DNA of 63,892 bases, counting the filler, from Octopus bimaculoides (lineage: Eukaryota), in the NCBI RefSeq assembly GCF_001194135.2. It is 5 parts of 5 records of this genome, joined end to end, with 100 filler letters (N's around TTAATTAATTAA, not from the genome) between each part and the next. Parts side by side here need not be neighbours in the genome. Positions count along the whole stretch, not along the records: positions 14,841 to 33,969 come from NC_068993.1; positions 34,070 to 54,760 come from NC_069009.1; 3 more parts are not named here. The stretch is one strand, 5' to 3'. Below, piece by piece: positions 23,640-36,611 of this stretch (positions are counted from its first letter, which is position 1; the number at the start of each line of letters is the position of its first letter). Under the pieces are notes generated by a model. That model saw only the letters and a program-made list of their open reading frames with translations, was not told the DNA's origin and made no database searches. The translations under genes were made by a program, and so were the position numbers.

Positions 23640-25939
23640 TGTGACGTAAAAAGGCAACTAGGCAGAGAGATATCATTGGCTGTGGGCTTAGATTTGCTTA
23701 CAGTATCCTACATAGATGTATTATAGTTGTGGCAGGAAGTCATTACGTATATAATCATTACATATAATCATTACATATAATCATTACATTCTAATCATGA
23801 CAAAGGACACCACTACAGTTATTTAAACATATTCTTTTACTTCTTTTAGTCATTTGACTGCGTCCATGCTAGAGCATTGTCTTAAAGAGTATTAGTCGAA
23901 CAAATTGACCCGAGGACTTATTTTTTAAGCCTAGTATTTGTTCTATTGGTCTCTTTTGCCAAACCTCTAAGTTATGGGGGATGTAAACACACCAACACTG
24001 GTGACAAACACACACATGTAAATGTATATATACATATGTGGTTGTTACATACATGTACACCTATATATATAAATGTGCTGTAGTTTAACCAACAGGCTAA
24101 TCTTCAGAACACTTCATGGTAAGTTAAAACATTTACCACACACATAAACACATATGTATATCTATTTCATTTCCGGAATAGTGGATCTGGAAGCACACAT
24201 AAAGCTATAAATAACAGCATGCAAATATTGGCTGTAGTGGCACAACACAGGGTCTATTGCACTGAAACAGTTCAGTAATGGTTGTAATAAAATGCCTAAG
24301 TTATTGTAATAAAAGAATTTGATATTGATTGTGGTGCAGGTGTAACTGTGTGGTTAAGAAGCTTGCTTACCAACCATGTGATTTGGGGTTCAAGCCATCA
24401 TATGGCACCTTGAATAAGTGTTTTCTTCTGTAACTCAGCAATGAGAAAATTAGCTCAATGTTACGTGTTTTTTGTTCTGGTATCTTAGCTAGAACCCAAT
24501 TCTTCTGCATTTGGGAGATCCTAAAGTTTATCTCACTTGGAAGAATAAATTTTATTCTACTCTCATAGAAGTTTATAAACAGACATTTGGTTCAGTATTT
24601 TGGGACACAGAAGCATGTTGATCAATGATTTCGGGAGGACTTTTTTTTAATCTCCAGAGCATGTTCCATAATAGCTTACTTTTACTCAACCATCTCCCAT
24701 ACTGCCCCTGTGCATTGGTTAACTCCCTTTACAATACAGTATTCATTTAACTGCCTTTTTATTCTGATTTCAAATTTCACTGAGTTAGCTTCGCTCTTCA
24801 TCCTTCCAAGTTTGATTAAAATAAAGTACCAATGACCTACTTGGGTTAATACAATTGACTAAAGCTCTTCACAAGAACTGTTATTATGTTAAAAACTAAT
24901 ATTGTTATTTTGTTTATTCTACAAATTTCTTCAACAGATGCTAGCAGTCTGTTCGTCATTTCTCATTGTTACCATTATTGATGGGAAAAAAAAGACCTTT
25001 CTGTAATTGTTTTACAAAGATTAACCTTAGTAGTTCATTTCAAAAGAAATATTTTATTATAAATACTCAAAGTTGAAACTACACTATTGACTAAAATTTA
25101 GAGCAGCTGACTTCAGATAAAATTGAATTCTCTGTTTATTCATACATTGGCACATTATCACGGTTATTGTTTTTCATATTTGTATTCCACTCAATATTCA
25201 TTGGGGTGACAATGGTGGTGGTGGTGGTGGTGGTGGTGGTGGTGATCTATGACTTTGTTGTTGTTGTTAGTGGTGGTGGAATGCTTAGTTTAAATGGTGG
25301 TGGTAGTAGTAGTAAGATGGATATGTCGGTAATGATGGCAGCACTGTATATTTCATTTGTTGTATATGCACATGTGCTATGTGTGGGTGTATGTGTGCAT
25401 AGATGTTTATATATGTGTGTGTGGGGGGGGGGGGGGGTATGTGTGCATGGATATATATACATATGCATTATATATCATCATCATCATCATCATCGTTTAA
25501 CGTCCGTTTTCCATGCTAGCATGGGTTGGACGATTTGACTGAGGACTGGTGAAACCAGATGGCTACACCAGGCTCCAATCTGATTTCGCAGTTTCCTTCA
25601 CTCGCTCCTAAAATCTTTGCCGAATTAATACGACCATAAAAGGATGATCAGATAAGTCTCTCTCTGTCTTCTAGCCATGCTTTTACTTTCTATTTATTTA
25701 TGCCTTGATCTTTACATACCTTACACATTGCTTATTTCATGTTTTCAGTTATATTTCCTTCACACAGTCACTTAACGCTATAACTTTGTCTTAGATATAT
25801 ATATATACACATACACATTATATATATATATATATATCATCATCATCATTTAACGTCCGTTTTTCATGCTGGCATGGGTTGAACGGTTCTTGATGTTACT
25901 ACTGTTGCAGACAGTTTTCACTGGAGCTTCTTTTGGTCC

Positions 25940-26800
25940 TTCTATGGGGGGAAGGGGAAGCACTTGGTCTTTATGTGTCTCAACTGTCTACAGTTATAAC
26001 ACTTCAGCCTTCTGCCTTCCACCACAACCCTAAGCCTCACTTCATCTCCCACCGTTATAGTGTTGACCATTTCTTCTATGTCCTCTAAGGCAGCCTGGAT
26101 TATCATTTCCAGTGTCTGCCCTAGACTATTCTTTGCTGGTACTTTTGTCACCTGTAGGATTGTAATCCTTTCCTCAAACCCCATTAAAATTGCCACTATT
26201 ATCCAGTTTACATCCACTTCTGGAGGTATTCCTTCCACCCTTACCCTGAATACATGTCTTCCCAGGTAGATAAGTAGAAGGACTACCTCGTCTGTCTTCA
26301 TGAAGGTCATAGAATGATACCTGGCAATCACCTCGCTGGTAAACTGTACTTCCACTGTTGTGAACTTCGACCCTCTGGCAGGGTAGGTAATGTCCTGCCA
26401 GATGAATCTTAGTCCTTTTTCTATTCGTTTTTTTTTTGCCAATATCTCCACCTTATTGGATTTCAGGTTATATTTTCTGTATGTGATACTTCTTTCCTTG
26501 ATAAATCTTGTGCTGCCGCTGGGTGGGGTGACACCTTCACCTTGTGTCTTTCTCTCTTCAACATTCCTTTGTATTTTTGCATTTTCTTTTTGTTATCACC
26601 AGCTGCAGCTGCAAAGTTCATTTTCTTCCATTCTTCCATTACTTTGTCAATCCTCTCCAGACTTCTCCTCGGGTCCTCCTCAGACGAGGTCATAGGTAAC
26701 AAACTAAAGCTCTCATAGTCCATCTCAGTATTCACAGCACTTTCCCCTTCAACCAAGGGAAAATACTAGCAGTACCACCACCACAAGGCAGCAAAAATAG
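25940..26800 (-). mobile_element. Retrotransposon ORF1/gag-like remnant (probably L1/Tx1 type) with CCHC zinc knuckle
   Basis: ORF 25942-26451 ends VVVEGRRLKCYNCRQLRHIKTKC (C-x2-C-x4-H-x4-C). The upstream fragment 26463-26756 is basic/helical, and the reading frame is broken between the two. Confidence 0.65.
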
Positions 26801-27929
26801 AGTGTAGAAAAACACAAAACAACAGAATAACATTACAATTACATGAAACGAGCGAGTGACTTATGAGAACTCAGAACCTTGGTAGATTTCTATGGACTTC
26901 TGGGAGAATTCTTCTCTTATTTCTTTACAGTTTAAATCCCGTTAAGATCTGCTTTGGCTTTTATCCTTTCAGGATCCATAAAAGAAGATATCATTCCAGT
27001 GCAATGGGTGGGTGGAACTGGTAGAGTGTTGCACAAAATACTTTTGCAGTATTTGTTTTGGGTCTTCACATTCTAAGTTCCCTAGGCAGATGTGATGAAC
27101 TTACCTGTGTCTAGCCAACATTGGGTCTGCTATTCTGAACCCATCCACTCACCCACCCCAGCATTACCGTTGTGAACCCCACCACCAGAGTGAGAACCAC
27201 TTGACCCTACTGATGCAAACCCACCTAAAACTGTCTCAGCTTCTATGATACAAACTTCCTGTTTTAAATTGATCTAAATTAAAACCTTCCTTGAAAATTT
27301 CATATTAATTTATGTTCAAGGTACCAGCTTAATAAAGGTTTCAAATTTTGGCACAAGGCCAGCAATTTCAGGGGAGGGGTAAGTTAATCTCATTGACCCC
27401 AGTGCTCAACTGGTTCTTATTTTATTGGCCCTATAAATTCCTTGATGGAATTTGAACTCAGAAGGTAAAAACAGATGAAACACTTCTAAGCATTTTCTTC
27501 AACACCTTACACCAGCTCAATAATAGCAAGACTATTTTATTAAAATATTTTATTATCTTTACAGTCAATTGAATCAAAAGTAGAGTATCTTAACAAAAAT
27601 AACAAAAGGGTTGTTAGTTCTTAGTAGGTATCAACCACAGTGTGGCATAGTTTGCTGGTTAGATATATTTTGCCTATTAAACAAGAAACTAAATTAATTT
27701 TGCAGTCTACTATAGTGTGCCATAGTTTACAAACACTGGCAGCATCATTGATCCTATTGATATTTATACAAAAATGTACCAGTTATATACTGAATCTAGG
27801 ATTCAGTATATAATTCCCAGTAATATATAAATAAGTAGCATGGCAAATTTTCCTTTTTTTCTTTCCTTCTGGGTTTGATAAAATAAAATACTAGTCAAGT
27901 ATTGTAGTTGATGTAATTGATTGCACCCA

Positions 27930-28395
27930 ATCCACCTGTAAGTTCATGGTAATGGGACAACCTATTGAAGGCCACAGACTAAGGAAGATCTGGTGGTGAA
28001 ATAGTGAGGTTGACAGGGTTATAGAATTGAAAAGACAAGCTTGGAAAGACTGGAAAAATTTTAGCACCAAATAATTATACCAGATAGCTAGAAGGAAAGC
28101 TAGGCTTCATATTTACATAACAAAGGGAGAAATAGGAAAAGTTTGCCAATGTTCTAAAGGCATAAGGTGTTTCAGATTGCAAGACAATGTATCAGAGAAA
28201 GTCGAGATGTTGTATGCTAGAAATATGTACTGATAGATACTGGTGCACCTGTACTTAGTGATCGTGAAAAGATAGAGGCATGGTAGTGCTACTACGAAAG
28301 GCTCCTAATGTGGAGAATGCATGGGAGAAAGAATGTCTTTCCAATGTGAACCCAGCAGAGGGTTCCAGCTGTCCTGGTTGACAGCAGTAGATAAA
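27930..28395 (+). mobile_element. RTE-clade LINE fragment (endonuclease-RT linker), decayed
   Basis: Broken translation W*NSEVDRVIELKRQAWKDWK..YQIARRKAR..VFQIARQCIRESRDVV..SDREKIEAW*CYYERLL.VENAW, typical of the RTE linker region. Confidence 0.7.
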
Positions 28396-29123
28396 TAGTG
28401 CAAATGTAATTGACTTCTCCCCCTCTCCCAAAACTGCAGGCCTTGTGCCAAAATTTGAAATTAGTAGGTATATCTCTTCAGACCAGGTGTTGAGGCAAAT
28501 ATTAGAATATTTTTGAAACTCTAAAGCTGAAAGCAAGAGTTTAAAAAATTATAATCTTATAAACAATAACTCATCTCAGGGAATTAGACAGCAATATACT
28601 GGGGCCCATACAATTAACTATACTCCTTCCCTTGAATTATTATTCTTGTGTCTGGGAACAAATCCATTAGCAAATTTTCTAAATGATCTGTCTCTTTGTC
28701 GTAGCCACTTCACTTCGCTTACATCTTTTAATGCATAAACATTATAGGCCACTCTTTCACTCATTGATAATGTATCAGTTATTATCATTATGCCATAAAT
28801 ACTCCAACCCATACCAGCATGGAACATGAATGTGAAATGATGGTGACAGTGATAATGGTTATGAAGAGGGGAGGAAGGAGGAGGATGAGTTGCTTAATCT
28901 AAAGAATTTGTTTCAAGTTGCACTATTTTTTTATATATTTTGTATAATATATATTTTGTATTTACTGTTCTAATTGATAATTAAATTAACTGGAATGCGT
29001 TACTTCCACTTCAAGGTTACAGTCAAAGATGTGGAATTACTGCTTTATATAAACTGGATACTAACAACCAATTGAAGGAAAGGTAACCAATTCTTTACCT
29101 GCACTGCATGATATTCTTCAATC

Positions 29124-30332
29124 ATGGCAAATGCTCTATGGATTTTTAAATTATTATTTTTGCTCGGACTTTCAATGCTAATGTATTCAGCATTTCTATT
29201 GGTTCCTAGACCAAGCATCTCACAAAAACTTCACAAATTCAAAGAAGACTTTATTTCTGTATATAAAATTAGACTTCAACAGAAAATACCAGAAGTGGAA
29301 GTATTACCAATTCCAACAGAACATATGTTTTTCTCTCAGATTTTAACTGAATCTAAAACAAACTCAGTTAAGGAAAATTTGCCAAAAGAGCAACTTGACC
29401 AGTGGTTAAGACGTTTCCATCCACAACCTACACACAAATTTGACCATTCAAAACATAAGCATTTCCAAAAAACACTTATTTCTAATGATAATCTGTGTCA
29501 TAATTCACCTGTTGATATCTTGGTATATATTCAGAGTTCTCCAGAGAACCATGCACGACGTCAAGCAATCCGTGAGAGTTGGGGAAATGGGGCCGTTTTT
29601 CTAGATATATATATGAAACTTGTGTTTGTGGTTGGTAAATCAACCAATAAGGAAAGCCAACACAAAACAAAAGCAAGCATTACTTACGAAAGTATACAAT
29701 ACAAAGATATTCTTATGCTTGACATTCTGGACACCTTCCAAAACATAACTTTGAAAAGTATAACTTCTCTTCACTGGATTTACAATATTTGCCCACAGGC
29801 AAAATACATTCTCAAGACAGATGATGATATTTATGTAAACGTTTTTCAACTAATCGAGTATTTTATGCCTCAAGTGTGGAATAAAGATAAAGCAATAATT
29901 TGCCATTATAAAACTAAAGGAACAAGTCCAATTGTTCGGGCCTCAAGTAGTAAATGGTATGTTCCTAACAACGTTTTTGTAGGAAAGCAATATTATCCTT
30001 TTGGTTTCTGCACTGGTTATGCCATTCTCTTCACATCAAATCTTCTCCCAGAAATGTACAATGTGTCTCTCACAGCGCCTTACATTGGAATCGACGATGT
30101 TTATGCTTTTGGTCTGTTGCTAAAAGACATAAAAAATATTACTGTTATCAATGCACAACGCAACTTTACTCTTAACCAAAATGCTGCTCTTTCTGAATAC
30201 GAAGGTTCTAAACCAATATCACATGTTGTGGCAAGTGCCTGGGCCCAAAACAGTATGAGCCGCTTCTGGTATGCTTCTATCCGCAGACTTTCTGAATGGG
30301 GAAAATTACATTGTAGACTGAGCGCCAAATAA
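29124..30332 (+). CDS. GT31-family beta-1,3-glycosyltransferase (B3GALT/B3GNT-like), 402 aa, single coding exon, type II membrane protein
   Basis: It has an N-terminal hydrophobic anchor (ALWIFKLLFLLGLSMLMYSAFLLV). Galactosyl_T motifs are ILVYIQSSPENHARRQAIRESWG, VFVVG, YKDIL...DTFQNITLK, W...CPQAKYILKTDDDIYVN (DxD), YYPFGFCTG and IDDVY. The ORF is intact, and the stop overlaps AATAAA. Confidence 0.95.
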   Translation: MANALWIFKLLFLLGLSMLMYSAFLLVPRPSISQKLHKFKEDFISVYKIRLQQKIPEVEVLPIPTEHMFFSQILTESKTNSVKENLPKEQLDQWLRRFHPQPTHKFDHSKHKHFQKTLISNDNLCHNSPVDILVYIQSSPENHARRQAIRESWGNGAVFLDIYMKLVFVVGKSTNKESQHKTKASITYESIQYKDILMLDILDTFQNITLKSITSLHWIYNICPQAKYILKTDDDIYVNVFQLIEYFMPQVWNKDKAIICHYKTKGTSPIVRASSSKWYVPNNVFVGKQYYPFGFCTGYAILFTSNLLPEMYNVSLTAPYIGIDDVYAFGLLLKDIKNITVINAQRNFTLNQNAALSEYEGSKPISHVVASAWAQNSMSRFWYASIRRLSEWGKLHCRLSAK

Positions 30333-31542
30333 AAAGCAGCATAACTGAGTGAGTGCAGTATACATGTGTGTGTATTTGTCATATATAATGTTTTACTTGT
30401 TCTTGTTTTTGATGATCTTTCTTCATTCAAAAAAAATAAGATTGAGAGAGAGAAAGAAAATATTTTTAGAGAAAACAAAAATCTCTCTTTAATTTTCTTT
30501 GTGACACCAGCTTGAAGTTTGAGACAGTTCTCTAAAAGACTTTAAAGATTCTGTTTACGCTCAGCTCATGAATATGTTTCTGTAAAGTTCTATACATTTC
30601 AAGGATTAAAAATAAAAATTTGAACATTTTAATTTTATATTCAGTTTTTCATTTTTATTTTTTTCTGCAAAGAGTACTGGAATTTAAAACTTGTTACCAT
30701 CATCATCATCATCATTGACATTTAATGTCTGTTTTCTATGCTGGCAAAAGTTGGCTGGCTTGACAGGAACTGGCAGGGCCAAGCACTGCACCATGTTCTA
30801 AAGTCAGTTTTGGCTTGGTTTCTATGGCTGGATGTCCTTCCTAACACCAGCAACCTTACAGAGTGTACAGGGTGCTTTTTACATGGCACTATCACCAGTG
30901 CTTTTGATATGGCACAGCACCCACACCAATACATTTTGCATGGCACTGTGGTTTTAGGGTCTCAGTTCTATTGTGGTGGATGGATCTTCTCAAGTACAGC
31001 AATGTGGCACATGTCTCTGTCTTCTGTTATCTTCTGCATAAGGTTCAGTGTTTTGTCCCATGTCTTCCTGATACTCTCTGTGTATGTGTGTGTATGAAAG
31101 AGAAAGAGAGAGAGAGAAAGATAGGAATAAATAGTTTGTGTAAAGTGACTGTATCCTTATGCTTTACATATAAATTATACATTAAAGACAACATATACTC
31201 CCATGGACTTATGCTGGATTCTCTAACTACACAAATTTATAAGCATAGCACATATTCATGACATATGGTTCATAGGAAAAACATATGTATATGAACTTAT
31301 GAGCTTTTGACTCTATGGGCCCAGTTTGGTGTCAAAAATCTATGAAATCTCATTAATTAAATCTATGAAATCCACGAAATCCCAAACATGGGCATAACAG
31401 ATGTAGCAGATAACAATTAAGATATTTCATATAAGTTACTTCCTGTAATCTGTGTATTCATTTTGAAATCTTGTTCACTCTCATGTAACCACATGTATTC
31501 TTATCCAAAATGGAAATGAGTACCACCACTAATAACCAACAG

Positions 31543-31626
<84 letters not shown>

Positions 31627-32489
31627 ATGTGTGTGTGCTTGCATTGTGTGTGTAGTGTGTGTTTGTATATATATATGTATATCAATATATGCTTGTATGT
31701 ATATGTATGTGTGATGTGTGCATATGCACGTGTATGTGTCTATACGCACACATGTAAATGGAGAATGTACCATATACATTGTGAAAGTTAAGTATAAACA
31801 GTTTTGACGTAATCCCCCATGACTCTAGGTTTTGTAGGCATAAATCTATATACATCTGGTTTTGAAAATTTGGTTTTGAAAATGCATTAAGAATAAAAAG
31901 ACAAAGTGGGTTCGAAGTAAAAATAGTTGGGAGTCAGTTCAAGTCACTTGCTGAAGTTGACAGTTCAGCAACAAGAGATGCTCATTGTTGTTCCTCATGG
32001 CTTAACAGACAACCTAGCAACACTAGCTTGTCTATCACCTGTAGAAGTTGACAGGTCAAAAAAAGTAGATGAAAATGCATGTACATTGTTATTGTTCTAA
32101 GTGGCAAAGTCAACAATTAAGCTGTGTGTGGTTGTAATAGTTGTTGGATGTTAGTAATGAAAAACAATATGAGGCAGTACTAATAACCAACAAGAGGGGA
32201 ATAATCTCAAGTAAAGAAATTAGTGATCAAAAATTTGAAATTAATTAACAGGGTACTTTTTTAATAGCAGCAAAATAACAGATAGCTTTTCGTTCATATT
32301 GCCATTTGTTATGATGTTTACTGCTTCCCATGGAGACAAAGCTGGCAAAATTGAGTTCTGTGTAAGTGAAGAGGTGTCTTGTAAGAAATGCTAAGTGTTG
32401 CATTAGGGAAATTGTTTCATTGGTAACAGAATCATCTGATGAAACCAGAGAAGTGAAGTTCCTGAAGAAGTGCATTACTGTGTTGAAAT

Positions 32490-33090
32490 CACTGATCGTT
32501 AGGCTCTTCGAATCCGACAACTGGCACCCATGCCAACCTCTCCTTCATTGGACACTAAACTCTGCTTGCGAAGACTTGTTGAGGCAAGTGAAATCGAAAT
32601 CGTAATTGAACCATATTCGATGACTGGCACCTGCACCAGTGGAGCACTGACAGCACTGTCTCCGAGCATGTTCATTGCCAGAGCAGCTGTCTGGCTTCTG
32701 TGCTAGTGGCCCATAAATTGCACCATTTGAGCGTAATCGTTACCAGCGTCGCTTTCTAGCACTTGTGCTGGTAGCACGTTAGAAAATCATTCGAGCGAGG
32801 TCATTGCCAGTACTGCTGGACTGGTTCCCGTGCAGGTGGCACATAAAACACCATTTTGAGCGTGGCCATTGCCAGTACCACCTGACTGGCCCTCGTGCCG
32901 GTGGCACATAAAAGCACCCACTACAATCTCAGAGTGGTTGGCGTTAAGAAGGGCATCCAGCTGTAGAAACTCTGCCAGATCAGATTGGAGCCTGGTGCAG
33001 CCTTCTGGCTTGCCAGTCCTCAGTCAAACCGTCCAACCCATGCTAGTATGGAAAGCAGACATTAAACGATGATGATGATGATGATGTTGA
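32490..33090 (+). mobile_element. Non-autonomous retroposon with RTE-like (GAT)n tail
   Basis: Same family as 18890-19530 in the opposite orientation. It ends CCATGCTAGTATGGAAAGCAGACATTAAACGATGATGATG and has internal GGTGGCACATAAAA subrepeats. Confidence 0.65.
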
Positions 33091-33295
33091 TGATCTAGTT
33101 TGACAAATGGCTCTACAGAATATAATCTGTGAGGAGGGAGGCCAGAGAAAATTCAATGGGATTTCAGCTGTTGGAGAATGTGGTGTTGGTGGAATCTGAG
33201 TAGCTACTCAGAATGTTGAAGAATGTGATGTTGGTGGAATCTGAGTAGCTACATGTCTTTTCAGTAGTTGTGCTGTTCAATTTTGGAAGCAATGA

Positions 33296-33328
<33 letters not shown>

Positions 33329-33503
33329 GTCCAGGCTCACACTAGGCAAGAAGTTGAAAATTGTTTTGGTAGCCCATGACACTCCATGGATCCTAAGCAA
33401 GGCATGTGTAAAATTTGAATGAAATCGTTTGGGTAGTTCTCAAGTTTTAGTGATGCACACATACATACATATATATANNNNNNNNNNTGTCTGTCTCTGT
33501 GTG

Positions 33504-33546
<43 letters not shown>

Positions 33547-33649
33547 GTCTGTCTGTCGTATGCATCACTAAAACTCGAGAACCATAATGGTTCTAAGGTG
33601 TTGGTACAAGAGGTGGTCAAACTCTACATAAGGAGTAGACAATCACCAT

Positions 33650-33969
33650 GTACGTATGTATGTATGTATGTATGTACGTATGTATGTATGTATATACGTA
33701 TGTATGTATGTATGTATATACGTATGTATGTATGTATGTATGTATGTATGTACGTATGTATGTATGTATATACGTATGTATGTATGTATGTATGTACGTA
33801 CGTATGTATGTATGTATATACGTATGTATGTATGTATGTATGTACGTATGTATGTATATATATACGTATGTATGTATGTATATACGTATGTATGTATGTA
33901 TATACGTATGTATGTATGTATATACGTATGTATGTATGTATATACGTATGTATGTATGTATATACGTAT
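33650..33969. repeat. Compound (TATG)n/(TACG) microsatellite
   Basis: Visible tetranucleotide array with a ~20-bp higher-order unit, TATACGTATGTATGTATGTA, toward its 3' end. It explains the MYVC-rich pseudo-ORFs. Confidence 0.95.
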
Positions 33970-34937
33970 NNNNNNNNNNNNNNNNNNNNNNNNNNNNNNN
34001 NNNNNNNNNNNNNTTAATTAATTAANNNNNNNNNNNNNNNNNNNNNNNNNNNNNNNNNNNNNNNNNNNNTGTCACTTGCAACAGCTAAAACAACAACAAC
34101 TACTGCTACAACTACTACTTCTACTATTTGTAGCACCTTGGTCCTTGTATATTTCAGGTGGAATGAAGTATGACCTTAAAATGAAAAGAAACAAGAAAAA
34201 CAACAGATATAATAAATATATAGTTATTACCGGAACTATTACATGGAGTAATNNNNNNNNNNCAGATATAATAAATATATAGTTATTACCGGAACTATTA
34301 CATGGAGTAATATTGTAATTGGTTCATCAAGATTGGTAACTGGTTCGTAAACGTTAAGAATATTTACAGCAATAATATGGCTGTTAATATTAGTATTTGC
34401 TTTGGTANNNNNNNNNNNNNNNNNNNNNNNNNNNNNNNNNNNCTAATACGATTCATAGAAGTGTTTATCACTACCATGTTAAAGCATGAAACAAGCTTTG
34501 TTGTACTTAGACATAATTATTTCAACCAGTACAACAACTCAACACAATATATATATTAGATGGAAATTCACAGCTGAGGGTTGTCTTTGCTTTAAGAAAT
34601 GGATAATTTGGTTTTACATCCAAANNNNNNNNNNNNNNNNNNNNNNNNNNNNNNNNNNNNNNNNNNNNNNNNNNNNNNNNNNNNNNNNNNNNNNNNNNNN
34701 NNNNNNNNNNNNNNNNNNNNNNNNCCTCTGTTAATACATGTTCATTTATTTTTGTTTTTATTTATTTATTTGTTTATGTGTTTATACCTACTTGTTTTTT
34801 GTATTTAATTAAATTTTGTTAACGTATGTAGTATTTAATTCCAATTGTTTATCTATGTATTCTATTGTATTATATATTGTTCATATTGTTATTGGTTTAT
34901 TGGGAACGTATTGTCATATGTTGTGGTTTGTGTTTTG

Positions 34938-35275
34938 TTAGGGGTGTGTGTTAGTGTTCCATTCCAGTTTCCTATTCAGGCTAGGTTTATCTTCTATTAT
35001 GTGTTTAGCTTCTGTAATTTGTCTAAGTGCTGCGTCTCTGCTATGTGTGGATAAGATTTTAATTTCTATGTTGTTGAGTGAGCCTCCATGTTCTTGCTCA
35101 GCGTGCTGGTACAGAACTGATGAGCTCTTCCCTTCCTGAAGTTCCCTCCAGTGTTCTTTTGCCCGCTCCCCTATGCTCCGTGCTGTTTTGCCTACATACG
35201 TCGTTGTCTTGTTACTGCATCGTCCCTCTGTACATCTTATACTATAGACCACATTTCTGGTTTTACAGTTTTATA
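34938..35275 (-). mobile_element. Penelope-like element, GIY-YIG endonuclease domain
   Basis: NCKTRNVVYSIRC..C....YVGKTARSIGERAKEH......SVLYQH....H....IKILS......RQITEAKHI..DKPSLNR is the PLE GIY-YIG signature, and the frame is open over the domain. Confidence 0.9.
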
Positions 35276-35963
35276 TATATATCTATATATATATGATGAA
35301 TCCCCTTGGCTAAAGTTCTTCAATATAGTGCCCCAGCTTAGCCACAATCTCATGACTGACACAAGTAAAGGAATAAAAGAATGTACACGCACGCGCGCAA
35401 TATGTGTCTTCCGTTTCTTTATGTCCTCATACCTTAGCAGTTCAGCAAAAATGAGGGAGAGAATTTGTACGAGACTTAAAAAAAGGGAGTAAATATTGGA
35501 ATCGATCCTCTTGACTAAAATCCTTCAAGGCAGTGCTACAACATGCCCCCACTCAAAATATAAAAACAGGGGATCAAATTGTATATAGGGGCTCAAATTG
35601 TATATGTTTTATTGACACACAAAGGAGGAAAGGTGAAAGCGACCTCGCTGGAATTAGAGCTCACGATGTAAAAAATCGAAAGAAATGCCGCAAAGCATTT
35701 CCTCTGTTGCAATGATACTATCAGGTTGTCTTCTTATTGATTGTGATAATTATGTTCTAAATTTCGGCACAAGCTCAGCTATTTCGAGCTGTGGGGAAAC
35801 TCAATTACATCCACTCTGCACTCAAATGGTACTTATTTTATCGACCTCGAAATTATAATTGGCAATGATGACCATGTTAGCATTTGAACTTGAAACATGA
35901 AGGCAGACGAAATGCCGCTAAGCGTTTTGCCCAGACGCCTAACGATTCTGTCAGCTCACCGCC

Positions 35964-35964
<1 letters not shown>

Positions 35965-36058
<94 letters not shown>

Positions 36059-36341
36059 AAGAAGAAGAATTTCTTTATTGACCACAAAAGCCCACGGAAA
36101 AATGAGATTATACAAGGGATTTAGACGATGCGTGTTAACAGTAAACAAATAAAAATAAGCAATAGAATTCAAACCCCTAAATTCTCCAATAGGAGGAAAT
36201 CTTACTAGGGGCGACCAGGGAAACCTCACACAGTATAGACACCCCGATCACTCAGGGAGCTTCAGGCAAGCACCCCTTTCCTTTTCATTCTATCCATCCT
36301 ACAGGCGCTTACTTAGGGTAGAGCTATTTACACAGGCTATG
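35965..36341 (-). mobile_element. 3' UTR and tail of an L1/Tx1-like LINE
   Basis: On the minus strand, AATAAA (36074-36079) is followed directly by a (TTC)n(TTA)n tail. The 36290-36340 sequence recurs at 37488-37537, where it is continuous with the zf-RVT-like coding fragment. Confidence 0.55.
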
Positions 36342-36611
36342 TGAAACGAATCACTGGTTCCTAGTAAACTGGGCATGTGTGTTAAAACCAAGCACTCTCG
36401 TGTACAGGGTAAATCGATAATTTATTTCAAATGATTGTTAGAAATGCAGACTATATTATGATTTCTTTCGAAAGTATAATGACGATTTCTAAAAAAGTTG
36501 AAATCGCCTATAACGAGGTGTTTCAGAAGTAATAGCAAAATATATGAAAGCTCATATTTTAGGCGAATCACTCATTCTGCCTGCGTTTAAGAATATTGTG
36601 AAGACAATGCT
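36342..36611 (+). mobile_element. hAT (Buster/ZBED-type) transposase fragment
   Basis: Broken translation including KKVEIAY.EV.SEVIAKYMKAHILGESLILPAFKNIVKTML. This matches the Buster-family motif ASY.V...IAK..K.HTIGE.LI.PA...IV..M. Confidence 0.7.

Noticed and set aside
25535-25560. CTGAGGA-CTGGT-GAAAC, resembling a hammerhead core, in the RTE-like tail repeat
   Set aside because: Stem II cannot form, there is no NUH/stem III, and the segment instead folds as a simple CTGGT/ACCAG hairpin.
29124-30332. Intronless GT31 CDS as a retrocopy
   Set aside because: Single-exon CDSs are normal for B3GALT/B3GNT genes, and no poly(A) tract or TSD is visible.
32245-32605. ORFs 32245-32520 (-) and 32366-32605 (+) as genes
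   Set aside because: They have no recognisable domain or convincing splice-phase partners, and the plus ORF runs into a retroposon.
33511-34025. Low-complexity ORFs (MYVC, HTHT, CVCV, LSIY, ERER and poly-L/N types) throughout the window
   Set aside because: They are translations of microsatellites with no coding signal.
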